Of a DNA stretch of 29,004 nucleotides, positions 1 through 10,685 are shown in pieces. Location of the stretch: positions 1 through 29,004 of the forward strand of contig NW_021833192.1 of NCBI RefSeq assembly GCF_006345805.1, written 5' to 3'. The notes under the pieces were generated by a model. It did not search any database, had not been told where the DNA came from, and saw nothing but the letters and a program-made list of their open reading frames with translations. Every line of letters begins with the position of its first letter. The stretch's first letter is position 1. The position numbers were made by a program, and so were the translations under genes. This stretch comes from Octopus sinensis (lineage: Eukaryota).

Positions 1-80
1 TATATACATACACATACATACATATATATATATATTATATATTATATATTATATATATAGTGTATGTAATGTATGTATAT
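1..80. repeat. (TA)n/(TACA)n microsatellite
   Basis: Directly visible TA and TACA runs at the window start. Confidence 0.9.
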
Positions 81-87
81 AATTACC

Positions 88-1070
88 TTTTATCTTTATA
101 CTTGTTTCATTCATTAGACACCAGGTGTGCTAGGGCTCCGTCTTGAAGAACTTAAGGGAAGCAAATCGATCCCGCACTAATTCTATCGCTCCGTTTTACC
201 GAACCGCTAGTTTACGAGGACATAAACACACCAGCACCGGTTGTCAAGTGGTGGTGGAGCGACAAGCACACCACAAACACACGTGCGCGCACACACACAC
301 ATACACACGCACATACACATACATATATATGGGATTCATTTAGGTTCCGTCTACTAAATCGGCCCGAGGTCATCGCAGAAGGCAGTTGATGAAGGTGCTT
401 GTTTGTTTGTTTGTTTGTTGAGCGAAGCGGTCTTCGTCCCAGAATGGGAGAAGTCCGAAACGTGGTCCTTTGCTATTCGTAAGACCCGCAGAAGAGAAAG
501 CAGGTCAACCCCCGACACCGAGAGCATCGACGGATGGATGAATGCGAATCCAGGCTCAGCGGTTGCGTAGGAAGTCGGGGATAAGAAACAGGAAGAAAGA
601 GTGAGAGAAAGTTGGAGCGAAAGAGTACAACAGGGGTCGCCCCCCACTGCCGCAGCCTCGTGGAGGTTTAGGTGTTTTCGCTCAATAAGCACACGCAACG
701 CCCAGTCTGGGAATCGAAACCGCGATCCTCCGACCGCGAGAGCATCGACGGATGGATGAATGTGCATCCAGGCTCAGCGGTTGCGTAGGAAGTCGGGGTC
801 AAGAAACAGGAAGAAAGAGTGAGAGAAAGTTGGATCGAAAGAGTACAACAGGGGTCGCCACCACCCCCTGTCGGAGCCTCGTGGAGCTTTGAGTGTTTTC
901 GCTCAATAAGCACACGCAACGCCCTGTCTGGGAATCGAAACCGCGATCCTCCGACCGCGAGTCCGCTGCCCTAACAACTGGGCCATTACGCCTCCACTTG
1001 CTGAAGGCGCCTCGCAGTGGATCTGAACCGGGCACCATGTCATTGCGAAGCCAGCGTCTTACCACGGAAC
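88..1070 (-). mobile_element. SINE family B, degenerate host copy split by a nested family-A SINE
   Basis: 88-398 matches the reverse complement of the B 3' half and core seen in intact copies (4843-5236, 17771-18195). 998-1070 matches the B head (CGCAGTGG...TGAACC...CCATGT...TTACCAC). Confidence 0.75.
399..997 (-). mobile_element. tRNA-derived SINE family A, tail type 1, with internal 218/221-bp tandem duplication
   Basis: Minus-strand head GTGGAGGCGTAATGGCCCAGTTGTTAGGGCAGCGGACTCGCGGTCGGAGGATCGCGGTTTCGATTCCC has A- and B-box-like motifs. It ends in an (AAAC)n tail and is flanked by an imperfect TSD, TTGATGAAGGTGC (386-398) and TTGCTGAAGGCGC (998-1010). Confidence 0.9.
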
Positions 1071-1580
1071 CTTGAATGTGCGTACCGTTAATCTTTTACT
1101 GTGTTTCCTGTACAAGCAATTAGAGCTACCAATATATCAAAGAATTTTGCGTTGCTAAGTAACTATGAGTTTGAAAGCATTTCTTTGGCACCTGATTCCG
1201 ATCAGTAATTGATACTGTGTTCATTTCCATAACACACAGTTGGCATAATATACTAGTGTGTGTGTGTGTGTGTGTGTTTGTTGTGGTATTGTAGAGTGTA
1301 ACATACATTTAAAGAACACGAAAGACACACACACACCACAAAAAAAAAAACCCGACACAGATCTTGAACGAAGCAATTGTTTTGCTTGGTAATACTTGAT
1401 ACCATATTTGGACGTGATTACATCAAAATTATCTTAGATTATCGAAGTCTCCTCTCCATTAATTAAGTAATCACAGAAACGTGATGTAACTCTGGTTTCC
1501 AATGTTTTGTGGTTCTGTGAGTTAGAAGCGAGCAGCGCGATGTTGTGGGCGACTGCCATCAACCTCTCGACCATTCAGTA

Positions 1581-1612
1581 TGTCTGGCTGTCTGTCTGTC
1601 TATCTGTCTGAA

Positions 1613-1677
<65 letters not shown>

Positions 1678-1714
1678 AATCTATCTATCTATCTATCTAT
1701 CTATCTATTTATCC

Positions 1715-1769
<55 letters not shown>

Positions 1770-1844
1770 CATCTATCTATCTATCTATCCATCCTCTATC
1801 TATCTATCTATCTACTATCTATCTATCTATCTTCTGTCTGTCTA

Positions 1845-1880
<36 letters not shown>
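1581..1880 (+). repeat. (CTAT)n tract flanked by (CTGT)n
   Basis: Long tetranucleotide array; it explains the YLSI/SIYL pseudo-ORFs. Confidence 0.95.
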
Positions 1881-1882
<2 letters not shown>

Positions 1883-2156
1883 AATGTGTATGTCCCTACG
1901 TGTATTTTTTACCTATATTTACCTGCCTGTCTGCCTGTGTCTCTCTGTCTTTCTCTGTCACTTTCCTTCTCTCTTTACCTATGGATCTATCAATCCATCG
2001 ATCCATCCAAAAACTACTTGCAAAGTATTGGTTAAGCATATGCTATAGCAGAAGATAGTTGCTCCGTGTGTCACGCAGCGTGATTGAAACTCAAACCTCC
2101 TTGTGAAGAGAATTCCCTAAACGGATAGCATTGCCCGCGCATAGATGTGTGTGTGT

Positions 2157-2380
2157 GTCTTTTATCTTTTAGTTGCTTCAGGCATTAGACAGGGGTCACT
2201 CTAGGGTACCGCCTTGAAGCAGTTTTGTGAAACGAATCCACCTCAGTACTATTGTTTTTTAGCGTCTGACACTTATTCTATCGCTCTGTTGTCGAATCCC
2301 CAAGTTACGGGGATATAAACACATGTACACCGGTTGTCAAGGGGCGGCGGGTGACAAAAAGACACCAGGACACACGCACC
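2157..2380 (-). mobile_element. Degenerate SINE B-related 3' fragment
   Basis: ACTTATTCTATCG, AAGTTACGGGGATATAAACAC and CCGGTTGTCAAG are collinear with the reverse complement of B. Confidence 0.6.
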
Positions 2381-2622
2381 CATCGAAACATCCAGAGAGA
2401 CGATACAAAGAAAACAGAGATGTGTCATTCGGAGTTTTCTTTCCTCAGTCGAGTTCCAGATGATCTTTGCAATTTCGGCTGGTTATACTACACACACAAT
2501 ACGGACTTATCAGACGTCTTTGGTCCGCTCTATGCTGACCAAGGTGGCACGCAGTATAACTGAAACTGGAAGCCTGTGGCAGGGAACAAACTTGTAACTA
2601 CTTTGTCACGCCAGCACCTGCT

Positions 2623-2659
2623 TGTGTGTGTGTGTGAGTGTGTGTATCTGTATATATAT

Positions 2660-2744
<85 letters not shown>

Positions 2745-2830
2745 AAATATATATGCATATATATATGTTTAATATATTTATGTAGTATATGTATATTATA
2801 TATGTGTGTGTCTCTGTGTATGTATGTATG
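2623..2830. repeat. (TG)n/(TA)n microsatellite
   Basis: Visible dinucleotide runs. Confidence 0.9.
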
Positions 2831-2979
2831 TATTGTCGTTCGTATACATTAGCGTCAATCAGGTCATTCATAACAGCAAACTGATACGGGAGTATGCCTA
2901 ACTCGTTGCAGAACAAAATCAATAGGGAAGGCATTTACAAAGCAAACAGCAGTCAATTTTCGTCGTTGGTGCTTTTATT

Positions 2980-3200
2980 CGTCACACACACACATACCCA
3001 CACACACACGTAGCCCCCCCCCCCCACACAAACACATGTGCACATACACAAGCACAGACACACACACGCATGGGCACATAGGGACACACATACACATGTG
3101 CACGTATATACGTACACACAGGCACACAGCCACACACACACACATGCCTGCACACACGCACAACACACACACACACACACCACAGCATACACACATCAGC
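2980..3200. repeat. CA-rich degenerate microsatellite
   Basis: Visible (CA)n-rich tract. Confidence 0.85.
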
Positions 3201-3554
3201 TAATAATGGATAAGCAGTTTTCTGTCAGTTTTGATTTGGCGAATTCCAATTCTTCAATCACTTTTGAACCGCTTCATCAGTGAAAATCTATCTATTCCAC
3301 AGACACGTTTAGCCTTAATATAATTTTTCAGATTCTGTGACAAGGCAGGCCGTTTCAATTACAGAATATAATCCATCAAATAGGATTCTATGTAGTTTTC
3401 ATCTGTCTTTGGGGGTTTGTCAATTCGATGTCACGTGGTAGAAGGCAGTTGCTCAAAAGTCTACTGCGCACAGTTTGATCAAAATCAAAATTACGAAATG
3501 AACCTTCTTACCAATCATCTATGTGAACGCCTACAATCTGATACTTACATAATA

Positions 3555-3867
3555 GTGGAAGCACATGGCCTAGTGGTTAGAGCAGCGGACTCGCGGTCGA
3601 AGGATCGCGTGTTCGAATCTCAGACCGGGTGATGTGTGTGTTTTTATGAGCGAAATACATAAGCTCCACGCGGATCTGGCAGAAGGTAATGGCGAACTTC
3701 TGCTGACTCTTTCGCCACAACTTTCTTTCGCTCTTTCCTCCTGCATCTTGCAGCTCACCTGCGACGGACCGGCGTCCCGTCCAGGTGGGGAACCTATATG
3801 CCAAGAAGCCGGGAAATCGGCCCTTATGAGCCAGACATGGCTCGAGAAGGCACAAACAACAATTTTG
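3555..3867 (+). mobile_element. SINE family A, tail type 2, with 10-bp TSD
   Basis: Head has A-box TGGCCTAGTGG and B-box GTTCGAATC, then the A core, then tail CCTGCGACGGACCGGCGTCCCGTCCAGG...GGCTCGAGAAGG-(AAC)n. Perfect TSD TTACATAATA at 3545-3554 and 3868-3877. Confidence 0.9.
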
Positions 3868-3877
3868 TTACATAATA

Positions 3878-4045
3878 CATACACACATACATACAAGCAT
3901 ACATACATACAATCATACATACTTACATATATAGACACAGACACACCTCATAAACAACCGCTCATATACACTGACATATGTTTGTGTGTGTGTGCGCATG
4001 TGTGTGTGTGTGTGTGTGTGTGCGTGTTTGTGTGTGTATGTGTAA
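3878..4045. repeat. (CATA)n and (TG)n microsatellites
   Basis: Visible runs. Confidence 0.8.
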
Positions 4046-4842
4046 GTTTAATTTATCTATATTTTTTCATTGAATTAACACAAATCGTTTTTGCAAAATT
4101 TAAGCAGATGGGAGCAAATTATTCTGCTGAAGTCAGTGACATAATCGGGTCATTGTACTGTTGAAATTTAAATAAAAATTCTCACAAGTATAGTTTGACA
4201 TAAATGGAAACGGTACTTTTGTTTGCGTATGCGTCTTCAACCGGCATCAAACAAGTAAATTTCGAAAAGGTCTGTTTCTTAATTAACAGAAACTGGATTC
4301 GTTATAAGAGAGATTAAATTCACTGATATTAACTAATTAGATGTCACACTGTGTCTCAGTGCTTTGTTGTATTAACGTTAATCCAGAGAGGTTTTACAAC
4401 AGATCCACAACATTTCAATCAGCCCGAGAATAAAATAGCTAAGATTATATCTCACTAAGATTATGTAATCTTGAAATCTTCTCAAACTCTTCTAATTATT
4501 ACAACTCTGTCCAACACCGAGGTGGATTCCCAGAAATAAACAAGCACAAAACAATCTTAAAATTAGAAGCATCGCATCCTTCGTATAATTTACCTCTTTC
4601 AGTTGCTAAAGCAAAAATATTTTTCTCCCTTTTAAGTAAAGCATTTTCACTTGCAAAATAAATGCTGCAGAATATTTAAGCAAAATACCATTAAAATCTT
4701 ATACAGTACATACAAATTTTCGGAAAGAATTGGTTTTGAATCGCCTACACCGAACTAAAACACGACTTCTTGTATTAGTTTGTAAAAATTGCTCTCTGGA
4801 ATCTAAAAGGCCAATTCGAAAATATTGCATAGTTGACAACAA

Positions 4843-5236
4843 TTACTCTTTTACTATTTACTTGTTTCAGTCATTTGACTGCGGCCATGCTGGAGCACCA
4901 CATTTAGTCGAGCAAACCGACCCCAGGACTTATTCTTTGTAAGCCTAGTACTTATCGATCTCTTTTGCCAAACCACTAAGTTACGGTGACGTAAACACAC
5001 CAGCATCGGTTCTCAAGCGATATTGGGGGGGGGCAAACACAGACACACAAACACACACACACACACATATACATATATACGACGAGCTTCTTTCAGTTTC
5101 CGTCTACCAAATCCACTCACAAGGTTTGGTCGGGCCGAGGCTATACTAGAAGACTATTGCCCAACGTACCACGCAGTGGGACTGAACCCGCAACCATGTG
5201 GTAGGTAAGCAAGCTACTTACGACACAGCCACTCCT
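4843..5236 (-). mobile_element. Full-length SINE family B
   Basis: Reverse complement of AGGAGTGGCTGTG...GGTTCAGTCCC head, GGGCAA core, internal (TA)/(TG) microsatellite, CATGGCCGCAGTCAAATGACTGAAACAAG tail and (AGTAAAAG)-type terminal repeat. Confidence 0.92.
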
Positions 5237-5298
5237 GGGCATCCATCTTACATCCAACACCATCAAATATGGATTTTATCACCACACATATACGTTGG

Positions 5299-5540
5299 GT
5301 GGAGACGCCTGGACTCATGATGGTAAGACTGTGGTTTCGATTCCTGGACCGAATGTCACGTTGTTTCCTTGAGCAAAACACTTAATTTTCACGTTACTCC
5401 AGTCTGTGCAGCTGGCAACAGTGAGTAACCTTGCGACGGAACACCGTCCCATCCAGGATGGAGGGGGTGGGGGGTTATACACCACAGAAACCGGGAAACC
5501 AGTCCTGTGAGTCTATATGACACGGGAAGGAACTTTACAG
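5299..5540 (+). mobile_element. Degenerate SINE with an A-type head (internal deletion), CORE-like body and type-2 tail
   Basis: GTGGAGACGC...GGTTTCGATTCCTGGACCG head, then CCTTGAGCAAAACACTTAA (CORE-like motif, recalled rather than aligned), then CTTGCGACGGA..CGTCCCATCCAGG..AGAAACCGGGAAACC, shared with the 3555-3867 tail. Confidence 0.7.
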
Positions 5541-6164
5541 CTCTATATGTTCAACAAGCGAAGTCGAAACGACGACGTTTCACTGAGCGAATTACGTAAG
5601 GGAACGAAATCCATTCCGTATTATCCCCTGTAAAACAGATGGAAAATCCTTTCTTTTGGCTAATTATTCTGGTCATAGAATCTTTTCTAAACTCTACACG
5701 ACTGGCAACTAGGTACATAAATTTACCAAAAAGACGATTTCTTAACATTTTGAGCACATATCTTCCTGCCAACGTAGAACACTGAAAATTCTTCAGTAAA
5801 CGAGACCGTCCATTTACGCTAATAGATAAACCCATATACAATATCTTCTTATAAACCACGAACAATGAGGAATATTTTTATTGCTCGAAAAGTGTTTGAG
5901 CTTTTATGCATTAGCTACCATCCAGTTTATCAATATTTTTTCAAGCGCAAAAATAATGTTTGTTGCCATAGTTACCTTCCACATTCCAAAAGCCATAAAA
6001 ATCTACATTTATTTACGTTGATATGTATTGACACCTGTGTGTCTGTTTTTGCAAATGGATTATACATCCATCATCCATCCATCTATGCATACATGCATAC
6101 ATACATACATAAGCAAGTATGTGTATGAATGTATGCATGTGTGTATATATATACATATATATAT

Positions 6165-6345
6165 ATTATGTGGTTTTGACAATCCATCAAATGTGATGAT
6201 ATTATCGATCCAAGACATTCCTCCCCCTCCACCTGCAGCACATTGTTTCTTACTGGGGCACACGTGACTGACGAAACCGATACGAGACTGGCAGATGCTG
6301 TGGCACTGAGGGCATTGAAAATGACCCCGAACAAGACCCACAGTA
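6165..6345 (-). mobile_element. RTE-clade LINE 3' end fragment (C-terminal CCHH-type motif plus 3' UTR)
   Basis: Minus strand translates FQCPQCHSICQSRIGFVSHV, matching the F-x-C-x2-C-x3-C-x-SRIG-L/F-x-SH motif typical of RTE ORF2 C-termini. It is followed by a short tail (ATCATCACATTTGATGGA) and (TA)n. Confidence 0.75.
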
Positions 6346-6374
6346 GTATAATATGTATATATATATATATATAT

Positions 6375-6685
6375 GTGGAGACGCAATGGCCTAGTGGTTA
6401 GGGCAGCGGACTCGCGGTCGTAGGATCGCGGTTTCGATTCCTAGACCGGCGTTGTGAGTGTTTATTGAGCGAAACACTAAAAGTTCCACGGGGATCCGGC
6501 AGGGGTGTGATCCCTGCTTTATACTCTTTCGCATCACACCGCGGTCTTTCTCCCACTCTTTCTTCTGTCGGCCTGCTCGCTTATCCAGCGGGGTGGCGTC
6601 ATTCGAAGGCTAAAACAATGCGAACGCATTGTGACCAGCGATGTGTAACAACATCTGATGGTCTGGTCGGTCCTCGTGATCCGTG

Positions 6686-6687
<2 letters not shown>
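6375..6687 (+). mobile_element. SINE family A, tail type 3, flanked by (TA)n on both sides
   Basis: A-box TGGCCTAGTGG, B-box-like GGTTTCGATTCC, A core, then tail CCAGCGGGGTGGCGTCATTCGAAGG...GGTCTGGTCGGTC. Confidence 0.9.
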
Positions 6688-6713
<26 letters not shown>

Positions 6714-6716
<3 letters not shown>

Positions 6717-6877
6717 CTACGGCTTCTTTCTGTTTCCGTGTACCAAATCCACTCACAAGGCTTTGGTCGACCCGAGGCTATACTAGAAGACACTTGTTCA
6801 AGGTGCCACGCAGTGCGACTCAACCCGGAACCATGTGGTTCATAAGCAAGCTACGTACCATACACCCACTCCTACGC
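6714..6877 (-). mobile_element. SINE family B 5' half
   Basis: Matches the B head and core on the minus strand and ends at the internal (TA)n. Confidence 0.88.
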
Positions 6878-7039
6878 ATATATATATAATTACACACATA
6901 CGCGCATACACACACACAAACTAAATATAATTTATACTCATATTTATATATGTTTGTATGGATGTCTATGTACATATGTATATAGTATGTGTGAATATCT
7001 ATCGATACATATGAATCTATATACGTATGCTTATATATT

Positions 7040-7256
7040 TCAAAATGTGACCGCGTGTGTACCGTTGACGATTTTTTTCCCTCCATCTTCCCTTCTTTGG
7101 ATCTTTCCTTTTCCTATGTTTCTGACGAAGAGCTCCGCTCGAAACGTTAAACCCTCCTTCTTTCCTTCTTTCCTGACCGTCCAACAATCGTATATTTGTT
7201 CCACGTCCTCGCGTTGTTGTGTTTTCTCTTTGTGTTTTCATGTTTGGATTAACTTT
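7040..7256 (+). mobile_element. Probable Penelope-like element terminal-repeat fragment carrying a hammerhead motif
   Basis: Pyrimidine-rich segment between microsatellites that contains a minimal type I hammerhead motif. Such motifs are an established feature of PLE terminal repeats; the PLE assignment itself is inference. Confidence 0.5.
7118..7152 (+). ncRNA. Minimal type I hammerhead ribozyme motif
   Basis: GTTT-CTGACGA-A-GAGC-TCC-GCTC-GAAA-CGTT-AAAC: core CUGANGA/GAAA, helix II GAGC/GCUC, palindromic helix III (ACGU), helix I GUUU/AAAC, predicted cleavage after GUU at 7148. Confidence 0.65.
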
Positions 7257-7851
7257 ATATATAATATATATATAGTATATATATATATATATATGTGTGT
7301 TTGTGTGTGTGTTTGTTTGTGTGTGTGTGTGTGTGTGTGTACAAGTACATAATATACAAATGAACAAATGCAGACAGGTAGATAGACAGTGGCAGACGGA
7401 AATTTGCACACATGAAAATATAGACAGAAGTACGGCCATTGAATCAAACACACACACACACATACACGCACAGTTACATACATACGTACATGCTGACAGT
7501 CATTCACATACAGCTATACAGACACACGCTCAGCCACACAGACACACAAACACGCGCACAGCTACGCATACATATGTATTCGCATACACACGCGCTGACA
7601 AACATGTACACATCCACACGCAGACACACACACAGTTACCCAGTTACACTAACAGATGGTCGCATGGACGACATGACGGCAACATGGCGACTTTATTTAT
7701 TGAATATTGATTTCGGATTTCTCTCGCTGTTAAACCTTCTCTGGTCGAATGTATTCTCAGTTAGATGATGCCTTTACACGCACACACCCCACCCCCGCAC
7801 AGACTCACACACACAGAAACACACACACGCTCACATACATACATACGCTCA

Positions 7852-7937
<86 letters not shown>

Positions 7938-8126
7938 GTATATATATATATATATAATATATATAATATATATATGTATATATATGTGGTTACATACATA
8001 CAAACATGTGTATATATATATACATCTATATACATACATATATATATATACCTATACATATCTACCTATACATATCTGTCTATCTCTTTCTCTCTCTCTG
8101 TCTCTCTGTCTCTCTCTCTCTCTCTT

Positions 8127-8161
<35 letters not shown>

Positions 8162-8305
8162 GGCCATATACATACATTCAGCCATGTGTACGTTTGTATG
8201 TATGTATGTATGTTTGAAGGTGTATGTCTCTGTCTGTCCCTGTCTCTTTCTCTCTCTCTCTCTTTCTCTCTCTGTATATGTCTGTGTGTGTGTGAATTTA
8301 TATTT
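7257..8305. repeat. Mosaic of (TA)n, (TG)n, (CA)n and (CT)n microsatellites
   Basis: About 1 kb dominated by simple repeats; it accounts for all ORFs in this interval. Confidence 0.85.
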
Positions 8306-8472
8306 GTGTTTGTCGATCACCACCACTTGAGCACCTGTGTTGGTTTTTTTTTACGCTTCCATAACTTAGCGGTTCAGAAAAAGAGACCGGTGGCATAGGT
8401 ATCAGGCTAAACTCTTCAAAGTGGTGCCACAGTATGGCCGCAGACCAGAAACTGAAACACAGAAAGGATAAA
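8306..8472 (+). mobile_element. Degenerate SINE B-related 3' half
   Basis: CATAACTTAGCGGTTCAGAAAAAGAGACCG...GTGGTGCCACAGTATGGCCGCAG...CTGAAAC is collinear with the B tail. Confidence 0.7.
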
Positions 8473-8519
8473 ATTTACGAATACATGTGACAACTGGATG
8501 AAGAGACAGATCTGCTCTC

Positions 8520-9180
8520 ATGTTGTACCCATGTTGTGGCCATAGTTTACTCATACAGTGCCCATGCTTTGCCCATGCTGTGCCCATACTTTGACCATGC
8601 TGTGCCTATGCTGTGCCCTTCTGTGCCTATGCTGTGCCCATGCTTTGCCCTTCCTGTGTCTATACAGGAACCGTTAGCACGCCGGGCGAAATGCGTAGCC
8701 GTATTTCGTCTGCTGCTACGTTCTGAGTTCAAATTCCGCCGAGGTCGACTTTGCTTTTCATACTTTCGGGGTCGATAAATTAAGGACCAGTTACGCACTG
8801 GGGTCGATGTAATCGACTTAATTCGTTTGTCTGTCCTTGTTTGTCCCCTCTATGTTTAGCCCCTTGTGGGTAATAAAGAAACATATACTGTCCCTACTCT
8901 GTGCTCTTGCTGTGCCTATGCTGTGCCCATGCAGGGCCCTTCCTGTGTCTATGCTGTCCTTACGCTGCCCCTAAGCTGTGCCCTTGCTGTGCCTATGCTG
9001 TGTCCATGCTGTGCCCATGCCATACCAATGCTGTGCCCATGCCATGCTCATGCTATGCCTATGTTGTGTCCATGCTGGGCCCAGAGTGTAACCATGCTGG
9101 GCTCATAGTGGATCCATGCTGTGCCGACACTGGGCCGACGCTGGGCCGATGCTGGGCTGATGCTGGGCCCATGCTTTCAT
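8520..9180 (+). repeat. 11-bp minisatellite (CTGTGCCCATG-type), interrupted by a SINE C copy
   Basis: Many degenerate 11-mers (TGTGCCCATGC, TGTGCCTATGC, TGGGCCGATGC). Confidence 0.9.
8666..8883 (+). mobile_element. SINE family C
   Basis: CCGTTAGCACGCCGGGCGAAATG head, B-box GAGTTCAAATTCC, GGGGTCGATAAATTAAG domain and GTGGGTAATAAAGAAA tail. Possible 5-bp TSD TATAC at 8661-8665 and 8884-8888. Confidence 0.9.
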
Positions 9181-10411
9181 TGTATTGATGGTTTCTCTCG
9201 ACCATGGATTGCCCGTTACTTTCTAAAGACTAAGATAGATAATGGATAGTTACGTCTTCGAAATCGATTTGTGGAACTGCTACATTACACCACACATGAA
9301 AAAGAAAAACTCAGCATAAAGAAAACCTGTTTAGAAACATGTCTAACACAGAAACTAGAATACATTCCCACAAAATGCGCTGACAGTTTTCAACTCCCAT
9401 ATCTGCACTTTGTATGTGCTTTTGTATATATACTTATCTTCTTACAAACACACAATCACGCGCACGCAAACACACACACATGTACATCAATCAACAGTTC
9501 CTGTATCCGTCTCTGAAGTCTTCATTCTATTTAGCTTCCTTTTTACTTCTCTGTATCGATGTATCATTTGTCTATCATTTACCTCCTCTCTCTTTCTCAC
9601 TCACACTCGCGCACACGCTTATAGTATAGAATTCTCTTTGACTGCTTTCTGGACATATCCAACAGCTTAATTAGCCGTCAGGGGAAACTTAAAACTCCAG
9701 TGAAAACAGTTTCTGTAATTAGTTTTTCTCTTCTTTTAGTGAATCTCTGGTTATTCTTAAAATTTCTTTTAACATTTACAAAAATAAACACACATTGACA
9801 TCCTCATCTGTGAGTTGCTGTCAACATCCTCCTCTTCTCATCTCCGCAACTCAAAATAGTTTGCAAAATTGTATCATTCTTCGTTTCTTCAGCTGTCTGT
9901 CTCTACATATCAATGATTCTGTCTGTCGCGGCATTCGACTAATGTCCACCCACCTTTGTTCACGAGTTGCGTAACCCGAATTCCACGTTCTCCAATTTGC
10001 CTGTACTTCTTTTAGAAGGGTACAGTATAATTTGAAGGGAACTTACTTCCTGTTTCTAGCAGATCAAGTGATTACATAGCGGCTTCGCCATTGTCTTGAG
10101 CACATCTGTTTTTGATCAAGCAAATGTCCCTGATCAAATAGGTCAGACATCGCCCACATTCTCGTTAATTACTCGCCAAAATTCAACAGAGACCACCCCC
10201 ATCTTGCCATTCACTCCTTATTGACCGGCAGCAAATCTAATCTGCCACCAACAAACTCGTTCATTCATTCATTTATCATCTTCTTCATTCGTTCATTCAT
10301 TTATGAACTCCTTCATTCGTTCATCCAACTCTCAACCCATATTAGATGTCCATGTATGCACCGACTCGTTCATCACAACCTACCTTCTAACATTGTGTCT
10401 CAGAAATAAAA

Positions 10412-10626
10412 GTTTATTTAGCGAAAACACCTAAAATCTCCACGAGGCTCCGGCAGGGGGTGGTGATCCCTGCTGTACTCTTTCACCACTCTTTCTCCAA
10501 CTCTTCTGTTAGCCTACTCGCTTAACCAGCGGGGTGGCGTCATTCGAAGGCTAAAACAATGCGAACGCATTGTGACCAGCGATGTGTAACAACATCTGAT
10601 GGTCTGGTCGGTCACGTGATCACGTG

Positions 10627-10628
<2 letters not shown>
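10412..10628 (+). mobile_element. 5'-truncated SINE family A, tail type 3
   Basis: A core plus a tail with 88 bp (10526-10613) identical to 6585-6672. Confidence 0.9.

Positions 10629-10683
<55 letters not shown>

Positions 10684-10685
<2 letters not shown>

Noticed and set aside
2420-2570. Short inverted repeats (GTTATACT/AGTATAAC and TTGGTC/GACCAA)
   Set aside because: The stems are short enough to occur by chance, and no known RNA motif was recognised.
3250-3290. Minus-strand CTGATGA as a possible hammerhead core
   Set aside because: No GAAA or paired helices downstream.
3555-3630. tRNA(Arg)-like sequence with good A and B boxes (also at 6375, 19075-19145 and 925-997)
   Set aside because: There is no complete acceptor stem or Pol III terminator, and each continues into a SINE body with a tail or TSD. 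These are SINE heads, not tRNA genes.
5551-5865. 104-aa minus-strand ORF in non-repetitive sequence
   Set aside because: No recognisable motif in any frame, and the length is compatible with chance. A translated database search would be needed.
8536-9188. Cys-rich ORFs (AVPMLCPC repeats)
   Set aside because: They are read-through of an 11-bp (non-3n) minisatellite interrupted by a SINE.
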